The notes beneath the pieces were generated by a model that made no database searches, was not told the origin of the DNA, and saw nothing but the letters and a program-made list of their open reading frames with translations. Positions 50,835-60,707 of a DNA stretch of 64,000 nucleotides are shown here, in pieces. Each line of letters starts with the position of its first letter. Position 1 is the stretch's first letter. Source of the stretch: Leptolyngbyaceae cyanobacterium (GTDB lineage: Bacteria > Cyanobacteriota > Cyanobacteriia > Phormidesmidales > Phormidesmidaceae). Location: positions 3,808,001 through 3,872,000 of the forward strand of contig CBDHHL010000032.1 in assembly GCA_965263355.1 (NCBI GenBank), given 5' to 3'. The position numbers and the translations under genes are program-made.

Positions 50835-52292
50835 TTAGGTTACGTCAAATGGAGGTAAGCTGACGATATAGCGATAGCCACTGTTCTGAGAACCTTGAAT
50901 AGCAATTTCACCACTATGGATATCTGTAAAATGTTGACTGAGCAATAAGCCGAGTTCTTGCCATATGTCGTTGGCTACGATGCCATTCGATGATTCATTA
51001 CTTTGTATTAAAGGTGTGATTTCTTCGATAATTTCAAATCCATAGGAGGATTCTTGTTCTGATGACAATGATAGAAGTTTATTCTGTTTTGCCCAGTTAA
51101 TCAATTTCTGAGGTAAGTTTTCGCCGAGCCATGGATTTGAGACCCATGTAGCTAAGTTGAGGCGATCTTCTTTGCGTGAAATATGAAGTCTTATAGTACT
51201 ACCACTTGTAGATGCTTTGGTAATACTAAGAATAAGGTGGTAAAGGAGTTGTTTGATAATGCGTTTGTCGAGGACCCAGATGCGTGACCCTGGTTCTACC
51301 GTTAGATTAAAGTTTAAATCTTCTTTGTTAGATCTTTCTTCTATGGGCTGCAAGCTCTGTTGAGCGAGCATTTCAATGTCTACGGGTGCAAGCGACAGTT
51401 CAGAGGATTGGTTGTCAAGTGCCCCCAATTCCATAATCTCATTGGTCAGGGACAGCAGGTTCTGACTACTTTGTAAAACAATTGTTGCGTATTCCTGTTG
51501 TTTCTTGGTTAATGGTCCATAAATCTCACGGCTTAGCATGCTGGCCATGCCAGTGATTGCGGTTAATGGATTGCGCAAATTTTGGGTGAGTTGAGAGATT
51601 AAACTTGTACGTAAGGTGTCGATTCGATCTTGGCGTTTCTTTTCTGGTGTACCCAGGTGATTGTTCTCTGAGGTGCCCTGTTGAATAGTGCCATCTTTTA
51701 ACCAACACTGTTTTTCATATTCACTCATTGCCCATCTGGCATTGAGTTCTAGCAGAGCCAGGTCTTGAGATGTATACTGCCGTGGCATGATGTCCATAAT
51801 TTCTAGGGTACCAATGCAGCATCTGTCAGAAGTCAGCAGTGGGACACCCAAATAAGCTTGAACACCATATTTTTGCACTAAGACACTTTGGCTAAATGCG
51901 GGATGCTGGGTTATGTCTGATAGCATTAGCGATTGACCGCTATCAATCACTTGAATGCCAAATGATTCGGCTTTAGGCAGTTCACGAGTGGCGGCGAGCT
52001 GATTCATTAGCCCCAAGCTAGATAATCCCATGGTGGCCTTAAAAATCTGGCTCTGGCTGTTAAATACGCTGACTAGACAAATAGGTGCTGCCAATAGCCG
52101 AGAAACGCTTTGAGTCGCTTCTTCAAAAATGGGAATGGGTTTAGAACCATTGAGTCTAAGTTGTTCAAGCGCACTCAATCGCATCTGCTCTCGTGCCATG
52201 GGCGACGTTCCATCCAGTGAACATGCAGGACGAGGACCCATGGATGTATTGGGTTGCTTATTTGTTCCAGCTGGGGTAGCGCCGTAGTGCAT
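50835..52292 (-). CDS. GAF-domain histidine-kinase-like protein lacking the phosphoacceptor His
   Basis: GAF domain (AYLGVPL...IGTL); HisKA-like LTQNLRNPLT; degenerate HATPase boxes. Confidence 0.85.
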   Translation of the reverse strand: MHYGATPAGTNKQPNTSMGPRPACSLDGTSPMAREQMRLSALEQLRLNGSKPIPIFEEATQSVSRLLAAPICLVSVFNSQSQIFKATMGLSSLGLMNQLAATRELPKAESFGIQVIDSGQSLMLSDITQHPAFSQSVLVQKYGVQAYLGVPLLTSDRCCIGTLEIMDIMPRQYTSQDLALLELNARWAMSEYEKQCWLKDGTIQQGTSENNHLGTPEKKRQDRIDTLRTSLISQLTQNLRNPLTAITGMASMLSREIYGPLTKKQQEYATIVLQSSQNLLSLTNEIMELGALDNQSSELSLAPVDIEMLAQQSLQPIEERSNKEDLNFNLTVEPGSRIWVLDKRIIKQLLYHLILSITKASTSGSTIRLHISRKEDRLNLATWVSNPWLGENLPQKLINWAKQNKLLSLSSEQESSYGFEIIEEITPLIQSNESSNGIVANDIWQELGLLLSQHFTDIHSGEIAIQGSQNSGYRYIVSLPPFDVT

Positions 52293-52624
52293 TGCGATAC
52301 TACTAAGAAGAAGAAATGATCTTATGATTTCATCGTTCCCTGAAGATTGTGTTACTGAACGTCAAACCTCAATAAAACAAGTAATTTGAATATACTTCCC
52401 TGTTTTTTCGATAACTCTTTAAATAGTCAAAAAATAGGTCAAAACTGTGGGCTTACAATACAAAAATCTGATTGACAGCTGCTGCTATTCCAGTGGATAG
52501 GGGCATTACCCATCATGCAAGGCAACGGGTAGTGTAGGGCTGTGAAACGATGGAGCAATATTGATGCATTGGGTTAGAGTGGTATAGCTTGTTCGGAGCT
52601 TAACTATTTGTTGGGACGTTTACT

Positions 52625-54631
52625 ATGCAGCCTGCCTTAGCCGTCGGTAGTCTTTTGCAAAATCGATATCGTATTGTTCGGTTGCTCGGTCAAGGTGGGT
52701 TTGGCCGTACTTATCTAACTAAAGACCAAGGGCGCTTTGAGGAAGAGTGCGTGATTAAGGAATTTATGCCGCCCGCAGGTTGCGATCGCTTTTCTAGTAA
52801 GGCAGCTCAGTTATTTCAGCGAGAAGCCGAAATTCTATACCAGATTAGTCATCCTCAAATTCCTCAATTCCGGGCTACTTTCGAGCAAGATCAGCGCTTA
52901 TTTTTGGTTCAGGAGCATATTGAAGGTCTGACCTATCGAGACATTTTGCAACAGCGACCAGGGCAAGCATTCTCAGAAACGGAGATACGCGCTTTTTTGG
53001 GGCAATTACTACCCGTTTTGGCTCATATTCATGCGAAGGGTATTATTCATCGCGACATTAGTCCTGACAATATTATCTTGCGACGTAGTGACCAAAAGCC
53101 TGTACTGATAGATTTTGGTGTTGTTAAAGAGGTCGTTACTCGGCTACAAACGGGGACGACTGGGGTACAAGCCACAACAGTGGGTAAAGCGGGGTATGCC
53201 CCTAGTGAGCAGCTACAGTCTGGGCGGGCTTATCCCTGTAGTGACCTGTATGCCCTGGCAGTTACGGTTTTGGTTTTGATGACGGGCAAAGAACCCCAAG
53301 CGCTTTTTGATGACACTACCCTGGGTTGGAATTGGCGACCGTTTGTTCAGGTGAGCGATCGGTTAGCTATGGTGCTGGATAAGGCGTTGAGCTATCGGCC
53401 TGGCGATCGCTATCAATCAGTTAGTGAGATGGTACGCGCGTTACAGGATGGTGTGGCTGCACCCAAACCTGCGCCATCAAATCCTCCGGTTCGAGGACCA
53501 CAAACACAAATGTCTGAAATGCGTACAGTGGCGGTGAGTAGACCGGTGGCGACTGCGGGAGCTACTAGTCAGGTGAGCCAGACGGCCTCATCTGTGTCTA
53601 GAACCCGAGTAGTTACTTCCTCAAAACCTAAGGGGACATTGGATAACCCATTGGTACTGGCAGCATTATTTTTGGGTGCAACCCTGTTAGCGGGGTTCGG
53701 GGGATGGGCGGTTGTGAACTATTTATTCAAACCATCTCCCCCTGAGCTACCTGGTAACCAAGTACAACCGCTGCCGTTTCCAGAAGATTTGGTGGATCCA
53801 CCCAACCAGACTGCGCCTCAATCGCCTAAACCCTTGGACCCACCTGAGGATGTTCTCGCTGACTATACAACAACCCTGGCGCTAAAAGAGGGGGATCCGC
53901 AAACTGTAGAAGGCGATATTAAACAGGGGGAGACGGTTAATTATCAAGTGGATGGTAAGGCTGGACAAACGCTCCAGGCCACGATAGAGGGCAAAGGCGT
54001 TGTATTTTCAGTATTGAATGCTGATGGTAAGGTGTTGCGCGGTGGTCGTCAGGTGTTGGATTGGGAGGGCGATTTACCTGAGGATGGGCTTTATACGGTG
54101 CAGATTCAGACGACCCGTGGTACTGATCAGGGTACTTATGAATTGGGTGTGGCTCTGGTGGGGCCGGTTACTGATGATACCGTTATTGATGATGGCAGCG
54201 ATGTTGATGAGGGGGCTGATGGCGGGGATAGTACGGATGAGGGTGCTAGCGACCCACCGTCTACTGAAGAGGGAACTGGCAGTGATGAACCAGAGCTTCA
54301 GGAGCAAGTCTCTACGCAGCGAGTACAGTTCCCTGAAGGGAAAACCGGTATATTATTAGCGAACTCGGTGGGACCAGGTCGAGTACAGCGTTATGTGGTG
54401 AATGCTCAACAGGGACAGATTATTACGGTAAAAATTACCCAGGCTAGCGGTCCTGTAACGTTTGATGTGTCTTTCCCTGGTGGCGAGCCGATTGCCAATG
54501 CTAAAGGAGTGCTCTACTGGAATAGCTATCTACCGCTGGGTGGAGATTACGCGGTAGATGTGCGGGCTGCCAGTGCGGCAGAATTTACGCTGGATGTTCA
54601 GGTTGTTGGTCAAGGAGCTGAGAGTCCGTAG
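52625..54631 (+). CDS. Membrane Ser/Thr protein kinase (Hanks type) with extracellular PPC-like domains
   Basis: GQGGFG, VIKE, HRDISPDN, DFG and YAPSE; TM segment; two repeated Y.V...GQ......W...LP..G.Y.V modules. Confidence 0.93.
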   Translation: MQPALAVGSLLQNRYRIVRLLGQGGFGRTYLTKDQGRFEEECVIKEFMPPAGCDRFSSKAAQLFQREAEILYQISHPQIPQFRATFEQDQRLFLVQEHIEGLTYRDILQQRPGQAFSETEIRAFLGQLLPVLAHIHAKGIIHRDISPDNIILRRSDQKPVLIDFGVVKEVVTRLQTGTTGVQATTVGKAGYAPSEQLQSGRAYPCSDLYALAVTVLVLMTGKEPQALFDDTTLGWNWRPFVQVSDRLAMVLDKALSYRPGDRYQSVSEMVRALQDGVAAPKPAPSNPPVRGPQTQMSEMRTVAVSRPVATAGATSQVSQTASSVSRTRVVTSSKPKGTLDNPLVLAALFLGATLLAGFGGWAVVNYLFKPSPPELPGNQVQPLPFPEDLVDPPNQTAPQSPKPLDPPEDVLADYTTTLALKEGDPQTVEGDIKQGETVNYQVDGKAGQTLQATIEGKGVVFSVLNADGKVLRGGRQVLDWEGDLPEDGLYTVQIQTTRGTDQGTYELGVALVGPVTDDTVIDDGSDVDEGADGGDSTDEGASDPPSTEEGTGSDEPELQEQVSTQRVQFPEGKTGILLANSVGPGRVQRYVVNAQQGQIITVKITQASGPVTFDVSFPGGEPIANAKGVLYWNSYLPLGGDYAVDVRAASAAEFTLDVQVVGQGAESP

Positions 54632-54639
54632 GGAGAACG

Positions 54640-55386
54640 ATGGGTAATGGAATGGGCAATGGATTATTAATTGCGGCAACAGACACCGAGTGCGGGAAGA
54701 CGGTTGTGACCTGTGCGTTGATGGCCTATTGGCGAAAGTATTGTGCGTCCTGGCAGTTGGGGGTGCTTAAGCCAGTACAGGCAGGTGTAGGTGATCGCGA
54801 GTTGTTTCAACGTTTGTTTGATTTGGATCAGTCCCTGGATGTGATCAATCCGGTGTTTTATCAGGCTCCGTTGGCACCACCGATTGCGGCAGCTTTAGAA
54901 AATACGAGGGTGGATCTGGCTCCTGCCTGGCGACGGTATAAAGAATTGGGGCAGCAGTGTGACTGGGTATTGGTGGAAGGGTTAGGGGGACTAGGGTCGC
55001 CTGTGACTGATGAAATAACGGTGGCGGATCTGGCGGCAGATTGGCGGTTGCCAGTGGTGCTGGTGGTGCCGGTGAAGCTGGGAGCGATCGCAGCCGCTGT
55101 CGCTAATGTAGCTTTAGCTCGTCAGCACCGACTAAAGCTACGAGGCATTGTTCTCAACTGCATTACGCCTGAAGCTAAAGAAAAACTAGACCAACTCACT
55201 CCACCGGATATGATCAGTAATCTCACCCGTATTCCAGTGCTGGGAGTATTGCCTTACTTTAGGGATCCAACAAATTTAGATCAGCTCAGTGCAGCAGCTC
55301 GAGAGTTGAGCCTAGAAACCATTATGCCTACCCAATTTTGGGTGGGTGGGGTGAGTAATGGTGAAAAGGTAAGTAGTGAGCAATAA
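54640..55386 (+). CDS. bioD: Dethiobiotin synthase
   Basis: ATDTECGKT, KPVQAG, VEGLGG and LGAI. Confidence 0.93.
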   Translation: MGNGMGNGLLIAATDTECGKTVVTCALMAYWRKYCASWQLGVLKPVQAGVGDRELFQRLFDLDQSLDVINPVFYQAPLAPPIAAALENTRVDLAPAWRRYKELGQQCDWVLVEGLGGLGSPVTDEITVADLAADWRLPVVLVVPVKLGAIAAAVANVALARQHRLKLRGIVLNCITPEAKEKLDQLTPPDMISNLTRIPVLGVLPYFRDPTNLDQLSAAARELSLETIMPTQFWVGGVSNGEKVSSEQ

Positions 55387-55502
55387 AGTTAAGCGCTGCC
55401 CACCAATCAAGTCAATGTTCAATTGGCGGTCGGGAGAATGTAGGTTTTACCGGAATCAGGTTTATATACTGTAGATGGTAATTTGCATCTGCTGAGGGTC
55501 CC

Positions 55503-56726
55503 ATGGTTTCAACGCTGTCTGCCAATATGCGAATTTCCACAAAGCCACCACAGGTGCGAGTCAACATTCAAAAACTGCAGGGGCAACTGGTGGAGTGGCG
55601 GCGTCATTTACATCAACGGCCAGAACTGGGGTTTGAAGAGACCATAACGGCTGATTTTATTGCCCAGCAGCTGACTCAGTGGGGGATTGATCACCAGACA
55701 GGTATTGCTAAAACTGGGGTTGTTGCGACTATTCAAGGCCATTGCCCTGGCCCAGTGCTGGCTATTCGGGCTGATATGGATGCCTTACCCATCCAAGAAC
55801 TGAACCAGGTCCCTTATCGCTCACTGCACGATGGTAAGATGCATGCCTGTGGCCACGATGGTCATGTGACTATTGCCCTGGGTACAGCCTATTATTTAGC
55901 CCAGAATCGTGATCTCTTTGCTGGGACGGTCAAAATAATTTTTCAACCTGCTGAGGAAGGGCCGGGTGGTGCAAAGCCCATGATTGAGGCTGGAGTGCTG
56001 AGCCAGCCTGAGGTGGATGCCATTATTGGTTTGCATATTTGGAATAATTTGCCCCTGGGTACAGTTGGAGTTCGCAGTGGGCCTCTGATGGCGGCTACCG
56101 AATATTTTCATTGCACTATTCAGGGGCGTGGGGGGCATGGTGCTTTACCCCATCAGACGGTTGACTCTGTTGTTGTTGGGGCGCAGATCGTGACTGCCCT
56201 GCAAACCATTGTGGCGCGTAATATTAGCCCTATTGACTCTGCTGTTGTCACTATCGGAGAGTTTCAAGCTGGAACAGCGGTCAATGTGATTGCTGATAGT
56301 GCCCGTCTCAGTGGTACTGTGCGCTATTTTAGCCCAGGGTATCGAGATTTGTTACCAAAGCGCATAGAAGCCATTATTGCAGGTGTGTGTCAGGCCCATG
56401 GAGCAACGTATCAGTTTGACTACCATCGTTTATATCCACCTGTTATTAACGATGTCACCATGGCTGAGTTGGTTAGATCTGTTGCCAGTGACGTGATTGA
56501 AACTCCAGCTGGTGTGGTGCCTGAGTGTCAAACCATGGGGGGGGAAGATATGTCATTCTTTTTGCAAGAGAAACCGGGTTGTTATTTCTTTTTAGGGTCG
56601 GCGAATCCTGATTTGAATCTGGCATATCCCCATCATCATCCTCGATTTGACTTTGATGAAACAGTTTTGGGCAGTGGTGTAGAGATATTTGTGCGATGTG
56701 TTGAGCGATTTTGCCAAGAACAATAG
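55503..56726 (+). CDS. M20D amidohydrolase (N-acyl-L-amino acid amidohydrolase)
   Basis: RRHLHQRPEL, RADMDAL, MHACGHD, FQPAEE, GEDM and HHPRF. Confidence 0.94.
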   Translation: MVSTLSANMRISTKPPQVRVNIQKLQGQLVEWRRHLHQRPELGFEETITADFIAQQLTQWGIDHQTGIAKTGVVATIQGHCPGPVLAIRADMDALPIQELNQVPYRSLHDGKMHACGHDGHVTIALGTAYYLAQNRDLFAGTVKIIFQPAEEGPGGAKPMIEAGVLSQPEVDAIIGLHIWNNLPLGTVGVRSGPLMAATEYFHCTIQGRGGHGALPHQTVDSVVVGAQIVTALQTIVARNISPIDSAVVTIGEFQAGTAVNVIADSARLSGTVRYFSPGYRDLLPKRIEAIIAGVCQAHGATYQFDYHRLYPPVINDVTMAELVRSVASDVIETPAGVVPECQTMGGEDMSFFLQEKPGCYFFLGSANPDLNLAYPHHHPRFDFDETVLGSGVEIFVRCVERFCQEQ

Positions 56727-56730
56727 ATAA

Positions 56731-56758
56731 GTGAGGGCATTGCATGCAATGCCACTAC
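56731..56758. repeat. REP-like palindrome, TTGCATGCAA family (copy 4)
   Basis: GTGAGGGCATTGCATGCAATGCCACTAC. Confidence 0.75.
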
Positions 56759-56775
56759 GGGAGAAAATATAATCT

Positions 56776-57654
56776 ATGGCAACAATCAATATGGTCCAAC
56801 CAGGGCAAATAACAAAAGAGAGTCGTCATTGGCACGGTACCCTTGATTTACGGTTTGCCAATGTCAATGGTAAGACCTCTCCCTCGAAGAGTTACAGCAC
56901 TTCTCCTTTACGTGTTCAGCGTCCGTTTTACCCAGCTGCTGCCCCTGAAAATTGTCAGAGTGTGATTGTTCACACAGCGGGGGGAATGGTGGGTGGCGAT
57001 CAGTTGGATATAACAATTTCGGCAGAACCTGATACCCAAGTGTTAGTAACGACTGCGGCGGCCCACAAGGTTTATCGGAGTCAGGGTGATTGGGCAAAGC
57101 AGGTGATTCATCTTAAAGTTGGCGCTGGGGCCTATGTAGATTGGCTGCCTCAGGAGCTAATTTTATTTGATGGAGGGCAATTTCAGCAGTCTCTGAGGGT
57201 GGATTTGGAGCCTGGTGCAGTGTGGATTGGGTGGGACGTGACGCGGTTTGGTCGGAGTGCTCGGGGTGAGACGTTGCGGGATGGGGAGTGGCGATCGCAA
57301 ACTGAAATCTGGCATCAGGGAACACCTTTGTGGATTGATCGACAGCGATTAATCGGTGGTTCTGAAGTCCTGAATAGCCATAACGGTTTAGCTGGTTACC
57401 CAGTGGTGGGTACATTTTTGCTACTGGGCAAACCGATTTCTCCAGACCATCTTAGTCGTATCAGAACTTTGCTTGATTCAAAAGTCCCAAAGGGTTGTGA
57501 AATCGGGGTTTCCCAATTAGAGCAGGGCCTAGTTGCTCGTTATCGTGGTCCCTCCAGCCAAACTGCTCGTCAATGCTTCATCAGTATTTGGCAGTATTTG
57601 CGCACAGAGGTACTAGGCCAGACGGGCTATATACCCAGAGTTTGGGGAGTTTAA
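56776..57654 (+). CDS. ureD: Urease accessory protein UreD
   Basis: PLRVQRPFYP, HTAGGMVGGD, WLPQE, FGRSARGE and PRVW. Confidence 0.96.
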   Translation: MATINMVQPGQITKESRHWHGTLDLRFANVNGKTSPSKSYSTSPLRVQRPFYPAAAPENCQSVIVHTAGGMVGGDQLDITISAEPDTQVLVTTAAAHKVYRSQGDWAKQVIHLKVGAGAYVDWLPQELILFDGGQFQQSLRVDLEPGAVWIGWDVTRFGRSARGETLRDGEWRSQTEIWHQGTPLWIDRQRLIGGSEVLNSHNGLAGYPVVGTFLLLGKPISPDHLSRIRTLLDSKVPKGCEIGVSQLEQGLVARYRGPSSQTARQCFISIWQYLRTEVLGQTGYIPRVWGV

Positions 57655-57804
57655 CCTACTCTTCCATGGCCAGATGAGTCTTGTTTGCTCATTTTGCCTG
57701 ACCATTATTTTGTCTGACCTTTATTTAGATAACGTTTAGCCTGCAGTTGACTACGACTGATCCTGGTTTAATATCTCTGTTGTGGTCAGTCCCTTGTGCG
57801 TCCT

Positions 57805-58107
57805 ATGCAACTCACTCCCCAGGAAAAAGATAAGCTGCTGATTTTTACGGCTGCGCTAGTGGCCGAACGTCGTAAGGACCGAGGGTTAAAGCTTAACCAT
57901 CCAGAAGCTGTGGCCTATATTTCTGCTGCAATTTTGGAAGGTGCACGGGATGGCCGTACGGTGGCGGAGTTAATGGCCTATGGTACGACGTTACTAAGTC
58001 GCGATGATGTCATGGAGGGTATCTCCGAAATGATTCATGAGGTGCAAGTGGAAGCCACCTTCCCAGATGGGACTAAGCTGGTTACCGTGCATAATCCAAT
58101 TCAATAG
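57805..58107 (+). CDS. ureA: Urease gamma subunit
   Basis: [11 protein letters not shown]...[17 protein letters not shown]. Confidence 0.98.
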   Translation: MQLTPQEKDKLLIFTAALVAERRKDRGLKLNHPEAVAYISAAILEGARDGRTVAELMAYGTTLLSRDDVMEGISEMIHEVQVEATFPDGTKLVTVHNPIQ

Positions 58108-58130
58108 AATGTAGGGTCGTTAGATATTTT

Positions 58131-59201
58131 ATGGTTGAGTCCGATAGTTCTGTAAATGGTGGTGGCGGTCTTCAGGATATAGACCTGGATCAGGAAAGTC
58201 GTACCCATGTGCTAGAAGCGATTGTTGAGGCATTAGACCGCTATGCGTTTCCAGCGGTGGCGGCTCAAGCTCAGGCAGATATTCGACAGCGGCTGGGTCA
58301 GGGGGGGTATAGCGATATTGTGAGTGGGCATCAGTTTGCAGAAACCCTGACCAATCAATTGCAAACTCTAATGTGCGATCGCAGTGTGCAGGTATATTTT
58401 AGTGCTGCACCGTTACCGGAGTTGAGTGCTGATACACCACCGACAGCTGCAGAACTGGCTTATCAAAAACAGCAGAGTCAACGACGTAACTTTGATATCA
58501 ACCAGGTAGAACGCTTGTCAGGAAATTTAGGGTTTTTGCAACTTTATGGGTTTGAGCCACCGGAGTTTTCAGGGGAAACCCTAGCGGCGGCGATGACCTT
58601 TGTTACTCATACTGAAGGGTTAATTATTGACCTGCGCTATAACCGGGGTGGTTCACCAGGGATGGTAGCTCTATTGTGTAGCTATTTGCTGCCACCCTAT
58701 CCGGCGATACACCTGAGTGATGTTAACTGGCCTGCGGAACAGCGGACTCAGCAAAGTTGGACATCGGCCTATGTTGGTGGTCCCCGTTACCTGGATCGGC
58801 CTGTGTATATATTAACCGGGCCAGAAACGGCCACAGCAGCAGAAGAATTTGCTTATACATTAAAGCAGCTAAAGCGAGCCACACTTATCGGGGAGACGAC
58901 TGCAGGGAAAGCCAACCCAGGTGCTGGCCAGCGACTACATGACCATTTTTGGATCTTTCTACCGACGGGACAGGTACTGAGTGCGATTACGGGCGAAAAT
59001 TGGGAAAATAGTGGGATATTGCCAGACTTTAAGGTACCTGTGGAATTGGCTGTCAAGGTGGCTCACTACATGGGGTTAACCGATTTAAGTAAAAAGTCTG
59101 AATTGCTAGGTCAGGAGTTGGAAGCCGCGTTAGAAACGGTTAAAAAACAGCTGGATCAAATGCAGCAAGATCTAATCAGTCAACTTGGAGGACTGCGTTA
59201 A
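58131..59201 (+). CDS. S41 (IRBP-like) peptidase-family protein
   Basis: [31 protein letters not shown] and WE..GI.PD; the usual nucleophile Ser appears as Thr. Confidence 0.85.
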   Translation: MVESDSSVNGGGGLQDIDLDQESRTHVLEAIVEALDRYAFPAVAAQAQADIRQRLGQGGYSDIVSGHQFAETLTNQLQTLMCDRSVQVYFSAAPLPELSADTPPTAAELAYQKQQSQRRNFDINQVERLSGNLGFLQLYGFEPPEFSGETLAAAMTFVTHTEGLIIDLRYNRGGSPGMVALLCSYLLPPYPAIHLSDVNWPAEQRTQQSWTSAYVGGPRYLDRPVYILTGPETATAAEEFAYTLKQLKRATLIGETTAGKANPGAGQRLHDHFWIFLPTGQVLSAITGENWENSGILPDFKVPVELAVKVAHYMGLTDLSKKSELLGQELEAALETVKKQLDQMQQDLISQLGGLR

Positions 59202-59524
59202 TGTCTAATAACTCAGCGATTATCCCTGGGGAGCTATTGTCCGCAGAAGGCGAGATTGAACTGAATGCCGGTCGACCTACGGTTACGCTAACGGTAGCAA
59301 ACAGTGGTGATCGACCGATTCAAGTCGGGTCTCATTTTCACTTTTACGAAGTCAATGATGCTCTGCAATTTGATCGAGACCAGACTAAGGGGATGCGTCT
59401 GGATATACCGGCTGGGACAGCGGTAAGATTTGAGCCGGGGGATGAGCGCTCTGTCACGTTAGTTGCGTTGGCGGGCGAACGCCAAGTCTATGGGTTTAAC
59501 CAACGGGTAGAGGGTAAAATCTAA
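59201..59524 (+). CDS. ureB: Urease beta subunit
   Basis: IPGE...[15 protein letters not shown]...[15 protein letters not shown]. Confidence 0.98.
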   Translation: MSNNSAIIPGELLSAEGEIELNAGRPTVTLTVANSGDRPIQVGSHFHFYEVNDALQFDRDQTKGMRLDIPAGTAVRFEPGDERSVTLVALAGERQVYGFNQRVEGKI

Positions 59525-59799
59525 GACGCTGTACAAAAAATGCCTTTCTAAAGCAGTAGCAGGACGCCTAAAAAATCAGCACTTTGGTTGGTGACAACGC
59601 AACAAAAGATTGAGTATGTCTGATATAGGAATAGATTGCTTGAATCAGGAAAGTGTCTCCTGGATAGAGCTTGCGCCTTGTCCATGTCCAGAACTGCAAT
59701 TTTTCCGAGACGTGGTTGAGTTACCGATGTTTTCTACTTCTGGCGACCACTAGCCCGTTTTAACTGGACGACTAACGTGTACATGTGTTCTGAGAATAA

Positions 59800-60597
59800 T
59801 TGACTTTGACTATGTTACGACTACACCATTTTGCTGCGATCGCTTGCCTACAAGGAGTTTTGTTGTTGGGTGATGTACCAGCCTGGGGACAATCCTCTGA
59901 TAGCGCTGTAGGGCTGCCGGAGGCGATTAGTCCCAATATGGAAGGGATTGTGGATCTTGCCGATACGGATTTATCGCTAGGTGTAGGCTATCTATCGCCA
60001 CGACGTCGAGCCGGAGTAGAGGCAAGCTGGCTGTCTAGTGTGGAGCTACCTTTGTATAGTCAACCGGGGGGCGAGCATTGGGGCTGGATTTGGCAGGGTT
60101 GGCTGATTCCCAATGGTCAGCAGGCGTTTGCCATTGGTCGAGATGCTAGGTTTACGATGGTGAGTGTCGATCCGCTATTACTGGCGTTTCCTATATTAGA
60201 AGCGCGTGAGGATGGCTGGTTGCAAATGCAGTACACCGATGGCGGCAGTGCCTGGATTCATCAGGAACAGCTAGATGATCGTGGCATAGAGCTAGAATTT
60301 TATGCCTGGGAAGAGCGTTTGGCTGAGGCGAATGTTGTGGACTTACGAAATAGTAATAATACTCAAGTATTGCGATCTCAACCTGAGCGAGGCCGCAATG
60401 TTCTTAGCTTAGTAAGCCCCAGTAGCCTGATCGAACCCCTAGAAGTTAAAGACGACTGGATTCGTGTTCGGGTGACCCGTCCAGCCAATGGCTGTGAACC
60501 CCTGGCGGGGGCCAGTGAGCAGGAAGGCTGGCTACAGTGGAAAGACAGCGATGGCGACGTTTTGATGTTACCTAGTCGGGATGAATGTGCAGGATAG
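59800..60597 (+). CDS. Hypothetical exported protein (SH3b-like modules)
   Basis: Signal-like N-terminus; E.REDGWL...AW and EVKDDWIRV...GWL patterns. Confidence 0.6.
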   Translation: MTLTMLRLHHFAAIACLQGVLLLGDVPAWGQSSDSAVGLPEAISPNMEGIVDLADTDLSLGVGYLSPRRRAGVEASWLSSVELPLYSQPGGEHWGWIWQGWLIPNGQQAFAIGRDARFTMVSVDPLLLAFPILEAREDGWLQMQYTDGGSAWIHQEQLDDRGIELEFYAWEERLAEANVVDLRNSNNTQVLRSQPERGRNVLSLVSPSSLIEPLEVKDDWIRVRVTRPANGCEPLAGASEQEGWLQWKDSDGDVLMLPSRDECAG

Positions 60598-60707
60598 ATC
60601 TTTCGGGCTAGATCTTTAAAATGTTCGTTATATACTCGTTAGGGTTTCTAAGCTAGCGTAAGCTATCCAGTGGCTTTGCTTTTAACCTCTACGCCCAGGA
60701 GACCCCA

